DNA of 64,000 nt. Source: Octopus vulgaris (taxonomy: Eukaryota). This document shows positions 11,927 through 23,867 of the stretch, in pieces. Made by a program: the position numbers and the translations under genes. The first letter of the stretch is position 1; each line of letters starts with the position of its first letter. The stretch spans positions 176,328,001 through 176,392,000 of the forward strand of contig OX597815.1 in the NCBI GenBank assembly GCA_951406725.2. Direction: 5' to 3'. A model generated the notes under the pieces. It was not told where the DNA came from and did no database searches. It saw only the letters and a list, made by a program, of their open reading frames with translations.

Positions 11927-13560
11927 TTTTCATCATCATTTAACATCTGCTTTCCATGCCTAGCATGGGTTGGACGATTTGACTGAGGACTGGCAAACCA
12001 GATGGCTGCACCAGTCTCCAATCTTGATCTGGCAGAGTTTCTACAGCTGGATGCCCTTCCTAACGCCAACTGCTCCGAGACTGAAGTGGTTGCTTTTACG
12101 TGTCACCGACACGAGGGCCAGTCAGGAGGTACTGGCAATGGCCACGCTCAAATGGTGCTTTTTACATGCCACCTGTACAGCAGCCAGTCCAGCAGCACTG
12201 GCAACGACCTCGCTCGAATGTTTTTTCACAAGTACCAGTAAGACGACGCTGGTAACGACCATGCTGGAATGGTGCCTTTGACGTGCCACCGGCATGGAAG
12301 CCAATTAGCAGCTCTGGCAATCTATCACGCTCGGATGGTGCTCTTAGCACTCCACTAGCATGGATGCCAGTCATCAAATTTGATTTCGATTTCACTTGCC
12401 CCAACAGGTCTTTGCAAGCAGAGTTTAGCGTCCAATGAAGGAAAGGTATGCATAAGTGGGCTGGTTACACCCCTGGCTTAGGCCACGAGGTTATGGTCTC
12501 ATTTGGCTTGCCGGGTCTTCTCAAGCACAGCATATTTCCAAAAGCCTCGGTCACTAATCATTGCCTCGGTAAGGCCTAATGTTCAAAAGTCGTGCTTCAC
12601 CAGTTCATCCCAGGTCTTCCTGGGTCTACCTCTTCCACAGGTTACCTCAACCGCCAGGGTGTGTCACTTTTTCACACAGCTATCCTCATCCATTCTCGCC
12701 ATATGACCATACCAGCACAGTTATCTCTCTTGCACACCACATCTGATGCTTCTTAAGTCCAACTTTTCTCTCAGGGCGCTTACACTCTGTCGTGTATGCA
12801 CACTGACATTACACATCCATTGGATCATACTGGCTTCATCCCTTGCGAGCTTATGCATGACCTCAGCAGTCACAGCCCATGTTTCACTGCCATGTAGCAT
12901 GGCTGTTTGTACACATGTGTCATACAGTCTACCTTTTACTCTGAGCAGGAGGCCCTTTGTCACCACCAAAGGTAGGAGCTCTCTGAACTTTGCCCAGGCT
13001 ATTCTTATTCCAGTAGCTACACTTTCAGCGCACCTACCTCCACTACTGACTAGGTCACCTACGTAATGGAAGCTATCAACTACTTCTAGTTTTTCTCCCT
13101 GGAATGTGGCAGAAGTTGTTCTCTGCACATTTTCAGTGTTTATGGCGCCTGAGCATCTGCCACATACAAAAACTATCTTTCCAGTTAGCCTTCCTTTGAT
13201 ATTGCTGCACCTCTTATGTGTTCGTAGCTTACACTGGGTGCATCTTATAGAGTTTCTACCTACGTCTTTTCTACAGATCGAGCAGGGCCATCTACTTGAA
13301 GGGATTTGTGGTTTGCCTGCCTTCCTACTTACTAGGACTTTGGTTTTAGCTAAGTTGACTCTAAGGCCCTTCAATTCTAATCCTTGTTTCCATACTTGAA
13401 ACCTCTCAAGTTCTGCAATTAGAGCAAGGTCGTCAGCATAGAGGAGCTCCCTAGGGCATCCTGTTTTGAATTCCTGTTATTGCCTGGAGCACTATGATAA
13501 ATAGGATGGGGGGGGGGCTAAGGACTGCACCTTGGTGGACCCCTACCTCTACCTGGAATT
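11927..13560 (-). mobile_element. 5'-truncated RTE-clade LINE (RT C-half, PHD-like insert, thumb, 3' UTR, (TGA)n tail)
   Basis: Minus strand encodes GVHQGAVLSP, ELLYADDLALIAE, GLRVNLAKTK, EVVDSFHYVGD, RIAWAKFREL and MLHGSETW. Frameshifts and stops are present. The 3' UTR ends in the family C tail. Confidence 0.92.
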
Positions 13561-15101
13561 ATACACACACATATATATTGGCCCAGACACCTTGGTTAGC
13601 TGTAGTTTACAAGGGTTTATTTGGTTTTTATTATAATAATAACTTTACTCTCTTAACTGATCGAGTGCTATAATAATTGTTAAAAATCACACATTCACAC
13701 ACAGATTTTTTTTTTTTATCAAAGCTGAAACTGAGAGTTTGCCTCATAACCTGACTCTTGTATCACTGCAATCATCAGGCAAAACTAACAAGACTCGGTG
13801 CTGTAAAACTTGAGTCAGGAGACCAATTCTCATCTTTGGTAATAAAAATACTATCTCCTTTCCAACATGTATTGAGTATGTCTCTCTCTTGTTCACCTGG
13901 CATTAAGCAACCAGCCATAGAAACCATGCCAGAACAGAGAATTCCTGAGAACTACATGAAGGATACACACATCTGTGGAGTACTCAGCCACTTGCATGGT
14001 AATCTCATGAGCAGGCTGCTCCATTGATCAGAACAACCGGAACACTCAACACTGTAACCAACGGAGTCCCAGTTATATAATTGGGGTTTTAAATAGCATC
14101 ATCACCATCATTTAATGTCTGCTGTCCATGCTGGCATGGATTGGAGAGTTTGTCTGAGAACTGGTAAGCTGGGTAGCTGTACCAGACTCCAGTCTGATTG
14201 GCATGGTTTCTACAGCTGGATGCCCTTCCTAACGCCAACCACCTTACAGAGTGTAATGGGTGCTTTTTACATGACAGATACGAAACATTGGCATCGGCCA
14301 CGACTACAATCTCACTTGGCTTAACATGTCTTTTCAAGTGCTGTGTATTGCCAAAGGTCTCAGCCACTTGTCACTGCCCTTGTGACGCCCAACATTCAGA
14401 GGGTGCATTTTACGTGCCACCAGCACGGGTGCCAGTTACGTGATACTAGCATTGGCCATGATGACAATTTCACTTGGCTTGATGGGTCTTCTCTAGCACA
14501 GCATATTACCAACAGTGTCAGCCACTTAGCTATATTTTACTAATTGGTATCTACGAAGATTTTAACAGTACCATCTCTGCAGTTAAATTTTAAAATAAAG
14601 TATTCTGTAAATGAATACTGGTAAACAGTAATCTCTTTGATTAAGCATAAAAACAGGATGGGCTTTCTCTTTGTCAAATACTTTCCTGTCTACAAAGAAT
14701 AACATGACCACACCTACAAAAACGAAATTCTGCTTGTCTTTGAAAGTATGAAGTTTGATTAGTTCGTCTCCTCATTAATTTGATATTTTATCCTTTACTT
14801 GTTTCAGTCATTAGACTGTGGTCATGCTGGGGCACCACATTCAAGAATTTTAGTCAAACAAATTGACCCCTGTGCTCACATTATTAAAGTCTTGTACTTA
14901 TTCTGTTGGTCTATTTTGCCGAACTGCTAAGTTATGGTGACATAAGTTTTCCAACCATAGCTATTCCATTATTAATTTTTTTAATAATTACACTTCTCAT
15001 TACATTCCAGGGAACAGTTTTCCTAATGCACTTTAAATAATGCACATTTTTGCATGTGCAAAGAAATCAACAAATTTAATCTTAATTTTGAAAATGTGCT
15101 T

Positions 15102-15521
15102 GGGATCTTTTCGGTTTGAACGGCAGTTTTTTTGTAGCTGTGTCATATGAAATTGTCACCCATAATTATGACCCTAGTATCGATCTATTGCATTTCTATC
15201 TGTTTTAGGGTTAGGGTTAGGGGTGGGGGGAAGGGTATCTTTTTTTTTTTCAAAAATGTAAATAAACCCAGTCTGTTTCTTAAACGAGGGACATATTCAT
15301 ATGGCACAGAATGTTTTTCACCTCAATAGACGTCATTGGCTGGTTGAAATTGCAGAAATTGAAGAAAAACAACAACAAATATCTTACAAACTATAGAATT
15401 TTCTCAATAAAGCCAAGAGAAAATGATGTTTTCTAAACACATTCTACCAGTATACGAAGTTTATAATTTTTTAGTTACCTAGAAATTATGTTAAAAACTG
15501 CCGTTCAAACTGAAAAGATCC
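15102..15521. mobile_element. Non-autonomous DNA transposon (MITE) with about 28-bp TIRs and internal TTAGGG repeats
   Basis: GGATCTTTTCGGTTTGAACGGCAGTTTTT ... AAAAACTGCCGTTCAAACTGAAAAGATCC. Flanks TGTGCTT / TGTGTTT resemble a 7-bp TSD. Confidence 0.8.
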
Positions 15522-16461
15522 TGTGTTTGTTTATATTCTAAGAGTTTCACAGAAGTTTTCATTGGTGCAGATTTGGGTGTGTTGTAAGAATTTTGCTTTC
15601 TTCTACAATTGCCTTGGGCCAACCAATGCATCAAGCGGATTTGGTAAACGGAAACTGAAAGCCCACTGTGTGTGTTCCACCACTGTCTTTACTTTTTTAA
15701 GTCATACCAACTCATAAGGACCGGTTTCTCAGTTTCCATGGTATATCTATTCCTCAAATGGACGGGATGCCAGTCCGTCGCATGATTACTCGTTCGTACC
15801 AGCTGCGTGGACTGGAGCAATGTGAAATGAAGTGTTTTGCTCAAGAGCACAATGTGTCGCCCGGTCCAAGAATCGAAACCATAACCTTACAATCATCAGC
15901 CCAACATCCTAACCACTAAACCACCGCTGCTTGATAACCGGTATTAATGTAAATACGCCCCCGTAACTTAGTGGTTCGGCATAAGAGACCGAGAGAATAA
16001 TTAAGGCTTTAAAAGAAAATAAGCAATGGGGGTCGATTCTTTTGACTAAAACCCTTCAAAGCAGTGCTGTAGCATGGCCGCAGTCAAATAACTGAAACAA
16101 AGATAAAGGATACAAAGATTGGCGTAAACAGGTTCGTCGCTCATTCGAACGTGTTCCATTCATTCATTCTTGGCCTTGCAATACAAGAAAGCCTCTTAAC
16201 ACGTCAGCAAAATTCAATAACAAGAAAAGATATTTACATCGGAATCTTGGCGAAGAATAAATGGGTTGGCCGGTGCTGAATGAAAACAATCTCCTTTAGT
16301 AAAATGTTCCAGTAAACTAAAATACGGGGAATAGTTTTATAAGTACTTCGTCCAGGACTATATTTTCCTTGTTATTTGACTTCCACGGAAAATGAAACAT
16401 TTTACAAACAGAGGAATAAAAAAAATGTGTGCAAGTAAATAGTAAAAGAATTTATAGTTAC

Positions 16462-16670
16462 CAATGAATGTATTTTGTTCGTGTAATTATTTCGACGCTG
16501 ATCTAGATCTTGTCGTATTGTACACTGAACCCTTTGCGGTTAATAAAGAAAATACTATTCTATTGTACATGGAAGGTTCAAAACAGATGAACTTCTTGAC
16601 CTGTCCCAGTTAAAGGCTTCTTTGAAATATGCCAACTACTTCCGAACGTGTGGCGACCGGAAATAAAGAC
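16462..16670 (-). promoter_or_regulatory. Candidate HLCS promoter / first non-coding exon
   Basis: Unique sequence retaining CpG, with ETS-like sites ACTTCCG (16638-16644) and ACCGGAAAT (16656-16664). Minus-strand donor-like TTG|GTAACT at 16462/16461. Coincides with the switch from CpG-poor to CpG-normal DNA. Confidence 0.35.
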
Positions 16671-18105
16671 AAAAGAAAAGAAACAATTGGCTTCATTTCT
16701 CAAATTATTTTCACTTTCAAATCTTACGGAGGGTTGAATGGCCACGGTATTTGGTTCTGGTGCTTTATGGTCTGATTTCAAATCTCGCCCCGGCCGAATG
16801 TGTCTTTTAGTCTTCTGGAGTCGATAAAATAAAACTAAGTACTGAAATCTTTTAAATATAGCTATAATTCACCCTAAATGTGAATGAATTTTATTCTACA
16901 AAATTTGCAAGAACACAAAAAAAAAAAAAAACAACTGGATATATGAATGTTCACTTTTTCTTGAATACGGTTGTTCATATGAAACAATTACGTTTTAATC
17001 CAAATGAAAATAAAATAAAAGGCGTGTAACCAAAATAGTGTAATGGGATTGTGTCCCTTTTAGTTATCTCCATTAAGAAAATAGTATCAGATGAATTACT
17101 TCCCTTGAAAACAATAAACGTAATTGAATTTGTATAGCGATAAATCGCATTTTAACAATAAATATTCATAATAATGAGTATATATTACGCTGGTGATATC
17201 GGCGGCGAGCTGGCGGACACGTTAGCGCGCTTGGCGAAATGCTTAGCGGTATTTCGTCTGTCGTTACGTTCTAAGTTCAAATTCCAACGAGATCGACTTT
17301 GCCATTCATCCTTTCGGGGTCGAAAAATAAAGTACCAGTTTCGCACTGGAGTCGATATAATCGATTTAATCCATTTGTCTGTCCTTGTTTGTCCTCTCTA
17401 TGTTTAGCCCGTGTGGGTAGTAAAGAAATAGGTATTTCGTCTGCCGCTACGTTCTGAGTTCAAGTTCCGGGGTCGATAAATTAAGTACCAGCTACGCACT
17501 GGTGTCGATGTAATCGACTTAATTCGTTTGTCTGTCCTTGTTTGTCCCCTCTGTGTTTAGCCTCTTGTGGATAGTAAAGAAATATGATTACGGTATTTCA
17601 TTTAAACATAACAGTTGACCGAAGTTCACCATCGCTATTGTTGTGGATGAAATGGTTGCTGAAAATTTCGTTATCGATAGAAAATATGTCGTAAAGGAAT
17701 ACAATGTACAAATAGTTTGCACGTTCAGCTTGTTAAACCCGCGAAAAGCAAAATTTGAGAAGAAAGTAAAACGCTGGGAAATTTGTGAGCTGTCTTATAG
17801 TTATGTCCGTCTTTTTGTGAGCTTGTAACAGGATCTGGCAGCAGCATCACCACAAGCTTATGTACCAAATTATGATTGAAAAGAATTGTATTTGTGCATC
17901 TATCTATAGTAACCACGTCTTTTTAGTAAAATTTAGTGAAATAGTATCACAGCTAGCTTTTCTCGGTTCTTTCCGAGTCTATTAAAGAAAGACTAACATT
18001 CTAGAATCAAAATAGAAATCCTAAATGGGTTAGTACAAAGTTTAGGACATTGGAGAATCGAAATAGAATGTGCAGCTCGGTTTTTAATCAGTAGCAGCAG
18101 CAGCG

Positions 18106-18106
<1 letters not shown>

Positions 18107-18174
<68 letters not shown>
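18107..18174. repeat. (ACT)n microsatellite
   Basis: Direct reading; a similar run lies at 52224-52308. Confidence 0.95.
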
Positions 18175-18175
<1 letters not shown>

Positions 18176-18759
18176 GATTACAAGGAAAAGGTATGTGATT
18201 GAAGTATGTAAATATATTTTTCTATGGAGGACTTTTTTCAAAATTTGGAGGAAAGAAACCAGTGGATTTCTTCCGTGTCTTCTAAAAACTGACTGAAATG
18301 CTAATTAAAAAAGAAAAAAGAAAAAAAAAAAAAAAGACATTGACCGCAATCCCCGCCAAACCATGAGATCAATCGGCATGACCTCACTCGCCAACATTAT
18401 CTGACACTCTGACATAGCGCATGTACTTTCTCATTTCTGTATCTTTTAGATCCCTATTACAGTCCTTGCTCCTAGGGGTAACTGGTCTCATTCAGGTTTC
18501 AGTCACCCATTCCACACCCAGCCTCTCACCTCTCTTCTCCCAGTCACCCGCTCCTTTATCTCCGGACTATTGGTTGTATTTTTGCTACAACCGTTAACAT
18601 GCCACTGTTCAACGAGCTTCTTTCTATCCGTCAAATTCACTTTGAATGATTTTTGGTCAAATCGCAGTTCGATCCATTCTGCTACAAAGTGCCATCCTTG
18701 TCTGTAACAGACAAACACCAGTTCCTTCAAAACAAAATTGGCGAAATATTTTGCGCCCC

Positions 18760-19060
18760 CATCCCTCATATGAATTTAGGAAACATTTTCTCACGCTAAG
18801 AGTTGCTGAAGCATGGAACAAACTGCCGTCATCAGTTGTTAGTTGTCATAGCACTTGCATCCTTCAAAACTTCCATGTTTCTTGAGATTCGCCAACACTA
18901 CACCTGATTTTCTCCCCTCCATACACACGCAAGCATGTATCTGACTCATACACTGTTCACTTTCCAGACATTTGTACATTACTGCATATACTTTATACGC
19001 ACTTTTGACTGGTTGTGGTGTACCTGAGCACTGAATACAATAATTTCATTATTATTATTA
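18760..19060 (+). mobile_element. CR1-type LINE 3' end
   Basis: YEFRKHFLTLRVAEAWNKLPSSVVSC is the typical CR1-group ORF2 C-terminus (R..FF..RV...WN.LP..VV). Followed by a 3' UTR and (ATT)n. Confidence 0.85.
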
Positions 19061-20244
19061 AATGTTGAAGTAGATTTTCTATCCAGATAATTCTTTTTAC
19101 ACGAACATGCTGGACACTTTTATGATAGGTGGAAACCATCTTGACTTTATTAAACGTAACGACTTGCTCGCCCTTATTTCAATTCTTACAGGCATTTCGC
19201 CAAGGGAAACTATTGTTCGCTTTACGCATATGCCGTTTTGACGATTTCACAGTTGAAAACAACGCATAACGACGTCATTCGTTACGAAGAGTTATTTCCC
19301 TTGTATCAGTAACCGCTTGCTGCAACAGAATTTCCTCCATTTCTGCTGGGTCAGGAAAGGGATCCCGTCCGCGAAATTCTTTTCCCTACGAGAGTTCTTC
19401 TTTTATATGTTTCAGTCATGGGGCTGCGGCCATGCTGGGGCACCGCTTCGAAAAATTTTTTAAATTGAATGTATCGACACCAATATTTCTTTTTTTTTTT
19501 TTTTTTTTTTTACTAGCCTGGTACTTATTCTATCAGGCTCTTTTGCTGAACTGCTAGGTTACAGGGACGTAAACACATTAGCACCGGTTGTCAAACGGCG
19601 GTGGTGGTGGCAAACACACACACACGACGGGTTGTTTTTAGTTTTCGTCAACCAAATCCACTCACAAGGGCTGGCTCGAGCCGAGGCTTTCGTAGAAGAC
19701 ACTTGCTCAAGGCGTCACGCATCGCTTCTTTCCACACAACCTCGCCTGCATCTATGTGTGTGTACACACACACACACACACACACATACATAGATGCATA
19801 GTGTGTGTTAAACTGTAATGGGTTTATTGGTAAATACCGTTCCGGATGTCCATCTAGATTTCATAGGAGTAGAGGATGCTCCCTTTATACTTGGACAACC
19901 CCCCCCCCGAAAAACCCAGCCTAATTCATAGAGTTGCTCTTTTAGGAATAAGATACTTCAACATATAAGTTGCAGCCAGTAGAGAACCAGTGATCTTTCC
20001 TCGCTTGTCACTGGAGCTCATTATGTTGATTGAGAGAATGGAAAAAGTGCTTCACAAGGTTGTTTCGCTTAAATCGAACGACTATCTTTTCATTTCTTGA
20101 TCCGTTATTTAGTTTATAAAGTCCTAGAGCGAGGCATATGTGGCGTGAACAGTCATATCCGCTGACCCGCAGGAATGGAAAATATATCAGAGCAATCAAG
20201 CCGAATGTGAGGCGGCTATTATCTGAGAACATGAAGGCAAACAT

Positions 20245-20612
20245 GTGTGTGTGTATGTATGTATGTATGTATGTATGTATGTATGTATGTATGTATGTAT
20301 GTATGTATGTATGTATGTATGTATGTATGTATATATGTATGTATGTTTGTATATATGTATGTATGTATATAGGTATGTATGTATGTATGTGTGTGTATGT
20401 ATGTATGTATGTACGTATGTATGTGTGTGTGTATGTGTATGTATTTATGTATGTATGTATGTATGTATGTATGCATGCATGAATGTATGTATGTATGTAT
20501 GTATGTATGTATGTATGTATGTATGTATGTATGTATGTATGTATGTATGCATGCATGCATGCATGTATGTATGTATGTATGTATGTATGTATGTATGTAT
20601 GTATGTGTGTGC
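20245..20612. repeat. (TATG)n compound microsatellite
   Basis: Direct reading; source of the spurious MYVC/HTYI ORFs. Confidence 0.95.
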
Positions 20613-20746
20613 GTGTGAAAGTAGGATTTCTTCTTTGAGTTTTATCTAAGTTCTTGAGAGAGTTCAAGCCAGTCACTAACAAAGTGACAAGACTTCCTGA
20701 ATTAAGGGAGTTCCCGGTGTTTGCATGTGGTTGAGTTGGTGTAGGT

Positions 20747-20808
<62 letters not shown>

Positions 20809-21569
20809 TGTATATATATATATTTTGCGTCCTTGTATTTCTATCTAAGGGAGACAAGACCATGGTGACGATTACTTCCCTTCGCTTTTGTAACCGAAAG
20901 TATTCATCGTCATTTATTTCATTCATATCCTTTCCGCATTTCTTTCTCGGTCTTTTATTGTTCTTCTTTCTGTCTCTTTTCCATCTCCGTCTTTCATCTT
21001 TGAATGGAACTTCTCACACTCTTCCATCCTTGTACCAAGTGTTTCTCCTGAGAACCTGATAATAATTAAGCAGTGTTACTTTCCCTGTGTTCGTAAAAGT
21101 TAGGCTATTTCTCGTGCTGGCATTTTTGCATTATTCTTCAGATGCTTATTAAACATTAAAAGTTTTATGTCCAACAAACGTCTGAAGAATAAAACAAGGG
21201 TCAGCAAACAAGAGTAAATTACCCCAAGTGGGGGTAAAAATGCAATTCTTGTGGGTAATGAGGACTCATAAGACAAAAGTCAAATTATATAAAAAAACGT
21301 GTTCTTTGTTATAACAGAAAATTTTCTGCTATTATGAGGAAGCAGTCAAAAAGTTGCTGCCTTTTGCAACAACCTACCTTTGCGAATAAGGATTTCCCAC
21401 TCTAATGGAAAAAAAAAAAAAAAAAGTGGGATCAATTGGACCTCGAAGACTGTTTACAAATTGCTCTGGCATCAAAATGTTCCAATTTTGATGTAATTGT
21501 AACAAAAATGAAACACCATTTCCCCAAAACCTGAAGTGAAAAAAGTTTCATAATGAGGATATTAATTTA

Positions 21570-22110
21570 ATGTGAGGTATACTTGCCATCTCAATATGGC
21601 TAACCACTAAGGATGGTGTGTTACTGTAGCTTTTAGTCACAGGAGATCATCGTCTCCAGCTGGCTTTAGGCACACTTTCTGTGCTCTTATGGTATTTGCA
21701 AAAGGAGGTCACCCTTCCCTCGTCAACCTAAGTGATACGCAAGGACTGCAGTTTCTAGGTATTTGCCTGTCTTCAGCGTACGGCAATCACCGGTTTTCGA
21801 TGAAAAGGTGTCCGAATGCAAATCCTTATTTCGTTTTTCCAGTAACTTTTCGTCACTGATCTCGAAAAACTGTATGCAAGCAGTAATAAATCTCTGAACG
21901 AGGTATAAACAGTAACTGCACGACAATGTGAGGTATACTTGCCATCTCAATATGGCTAACCACTAAAGGTGGGTGTTACTGTAGCTTGTAGCCCCAGGAG
22001 ATCATCGTCTCCAGCTGGCTTTAGGCACACTTTCTGTGCCCTTATGGTATTTGCAAAGGGAGGTCACCCTTTCCTCGTCAACCTAAGTGATACGCACGGA
22101 CTGCCGTTTC
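21570..22110. mobile_element. Small element with about 190-bp terminal direct repeats and 10-bp TSD
   Basis: 21570-21756 is repeated at 21926-22110. TATTAATTTA lies at both 21560-21569 and 22111-22120. Confidence 0.75.
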
Positions 22111-22251
22111 TATTAATTTATTTTATTGCATTTGTTTTATACTTTTTATATTTATAATTGTATTCTCCATAGAAATAGATTCTATAAACCTTTTGAATTC
22201 AAAGAATCTATGATTTTCTTCCATTGAAAATAAGGGGGTAACGTTGGCATA

Positions 22252-23142
22252 TGAGGTCTGATCAATAAGTATCTGGACTGTTTCCATAGTAACGAAGCTA
22301 AAGCACGCAGTGTAAAGCTGTTTGGCACAGATTGAACTTGAACTCTGCTGTGCATGTGCACTAAGTTTTAACGTTCTAGTTTACTTCCGCTGTTTACAGC
22401 AATGCTTGGAAGGAACGTGTGTAGCGTGTGATCGGCGCATGGACTATAATAGAGAAAGTTGCCATGGAGATACCTGCTCAGAGGTCTATGTAAAGTTTTA
22501 GAAAGTGTATAGAAAGGAGTGTATGAGCTGCACACAAGTGTATGAGTGGTTCAGATGTTTCCAAGATGGCCGAAAAAATGTTGATGTTGACAAACGTTCT
22601 GGGAGACCCGCAATCAGTAGAACTGAGGAAAACATCACAGATGTGTGTGCAGCTGTGAGGGGAAATCATCGAATCACCATCCGTGAGTTATGAGAGGATG
22701 TGCAGATTAGTTACGGTTCAGTTTTGTCCATTATCACTGAAGATTTGGGTATAACACATGTCTGCCAAATATGTGTCAAAATTGCTTTCAGCTGACCAAA
22801 AAGACAGTCAGGTTTCAGTTGCACAAGATCCTCTTGGCTGAGTAGAGAACGGTGAAAACGTTTTGAAAACTTGGCATAGGCATTTGAACAGGTATCGCTA
22901 AGATCTTGGCAAAATCTGATGCAGATTCTCTGCCCAACGTTTTGCCATGATCTATGCAACGATCACACGCTACACACGTTCCTTCCAAGAATTGCTGTAA
23001 ACAGCGGAAGTAAACTAGAATGTTAAAACTTAGTGCACATACACAGCGGAGTTCAAAGTCAATCTGTGCCAAACAGCTTCACTCTGCATGCTTTAGCTTC
23101 GTTACTCTACCACCAGTCCGGATACTTATTGATCAAACCACG
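22252..23142 (+). mobile_element. mariner-derived foldback element (two inverted 5' ends, TA TSD)
   Basis: About 200-bp inverted arms TGAGGTCTGATCAATAAGTATC... / ...GATACTTATTGATCAAACCACG, flanked by TA. The interior encodes the mariner N-terminus VYEWFRCFQDGRKNVDVDKRSGRP...RITIREL. Confidence 0.9.
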
Positions 23143-23264
23143 TAAATAATATGTTTTGGGGCAATTGGTTAAAAAAGTTCTGACTGCTGCATTAAACACA
23201 CACTGACGAAACTCTTCCGATGTAATCTTCAATTTTCATCTTCGAGTGTCGACAAAATACTAAA

Positions 23265-23402
23265 TTCTTCTTCTTCTTCTTCTTCTTCTTCTTCTTCTTC
23301 TTCTTCTTCTTCTTCTTCTTCTTCTTCTTCTTCTTCTTCTTCTTCTTCTTCTTCTTCTTCTTCTTCTTCTTCTTCTTCTTCTTCTTCTTCTTCTTCTTCT
23401 TC
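23265..23402. repeat. (TTC)n microsatellite
   Basis: Direct reading; others at 24319-24436 and 43710-43972. Confidence 0.95.
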
Positions 23403-23867
23403 TTTGTGTTTCGCCCGTTACTACGTTCTGGGTTCAAATTTCTCCGAGGTCAACATTACCTTTCATCTTTTCGGGGTCGATTAAATAAGTACCAGTTGAA
23501 CACTGGGGTCGATGTAATCGACTTATCACCCCACCCCAAACTGCTGCCCTTGTGGCAATATTTGAAACTATTATTATTATTAGTTTTTTTTTTTATTACT
23601 TACTTGCTTACTTACTTAGGTGGCGAGTTGGCAGAATTGTTAGTACGCTTGACAAAATGCTTAATGACATTTCGTTCGTCCTTACGTTCTGAGTTCAAAT
23701 TCTGCCGCGGTCGACTTTGACTTTCAACCTTTCGGGGTCAATAAATTAAGTACTAGTGAAACACTGGGGTTGAATGTAATCGATAAGTCCCCGCCTCCAA
23801 ATTTTCAGGCCTTGTGCCTATAATAGAAAGGATTATTATTATTATTATTATTATTTTTTTTTTTTTT

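Larger units (their letters stand above)
21195..23189 (+). mobile_element. hAT (Buster/Charlie-type) internally deleted transposon carrying two nested insertions
   Basis: 5' TIR CAAGGGTCAGCAAAC and decayed 3' TIR AAGTTCTGACTGCTG. 21330-21520 encodes EEAVKKLLPFATTYLCE*GF..., the hAT C-terminal dimerisation motif. Both 8-bp flanks have a central TA. Confidence 0.75.

Noticed and set aside
14572-14713. Additional HLCS exon (tttttgtag acceptor, ATG|GTAC donor)
   Set aside because: The splice-like signals are plausible for a 5' UTR exon, but there is no recognisable homology and the donor is weak; it needs RNA data.
15203-15222. Interstitial telomere or chromosome fusion scar
   Set aside because: Only three TTAGGG units, and they lie inside a TIR element.
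19140-19380. Second promoter (CpG-rich, GACGTCA, GTTATTTCCCTTG)
   Set aside because: No downstream exon could be identified on either strand; the motif evidence alone is too weak.
21975-22022. Hatchet or HDV-like ribozyme in the direct-repeat element
   Set aside because: Hatchet-like words (CAGTAAC, TGGGGCT, TG.AGACG) occur in reversed, non-permutable order, and the downstream TCCTCGT loop lacks an HDV P3 stem.
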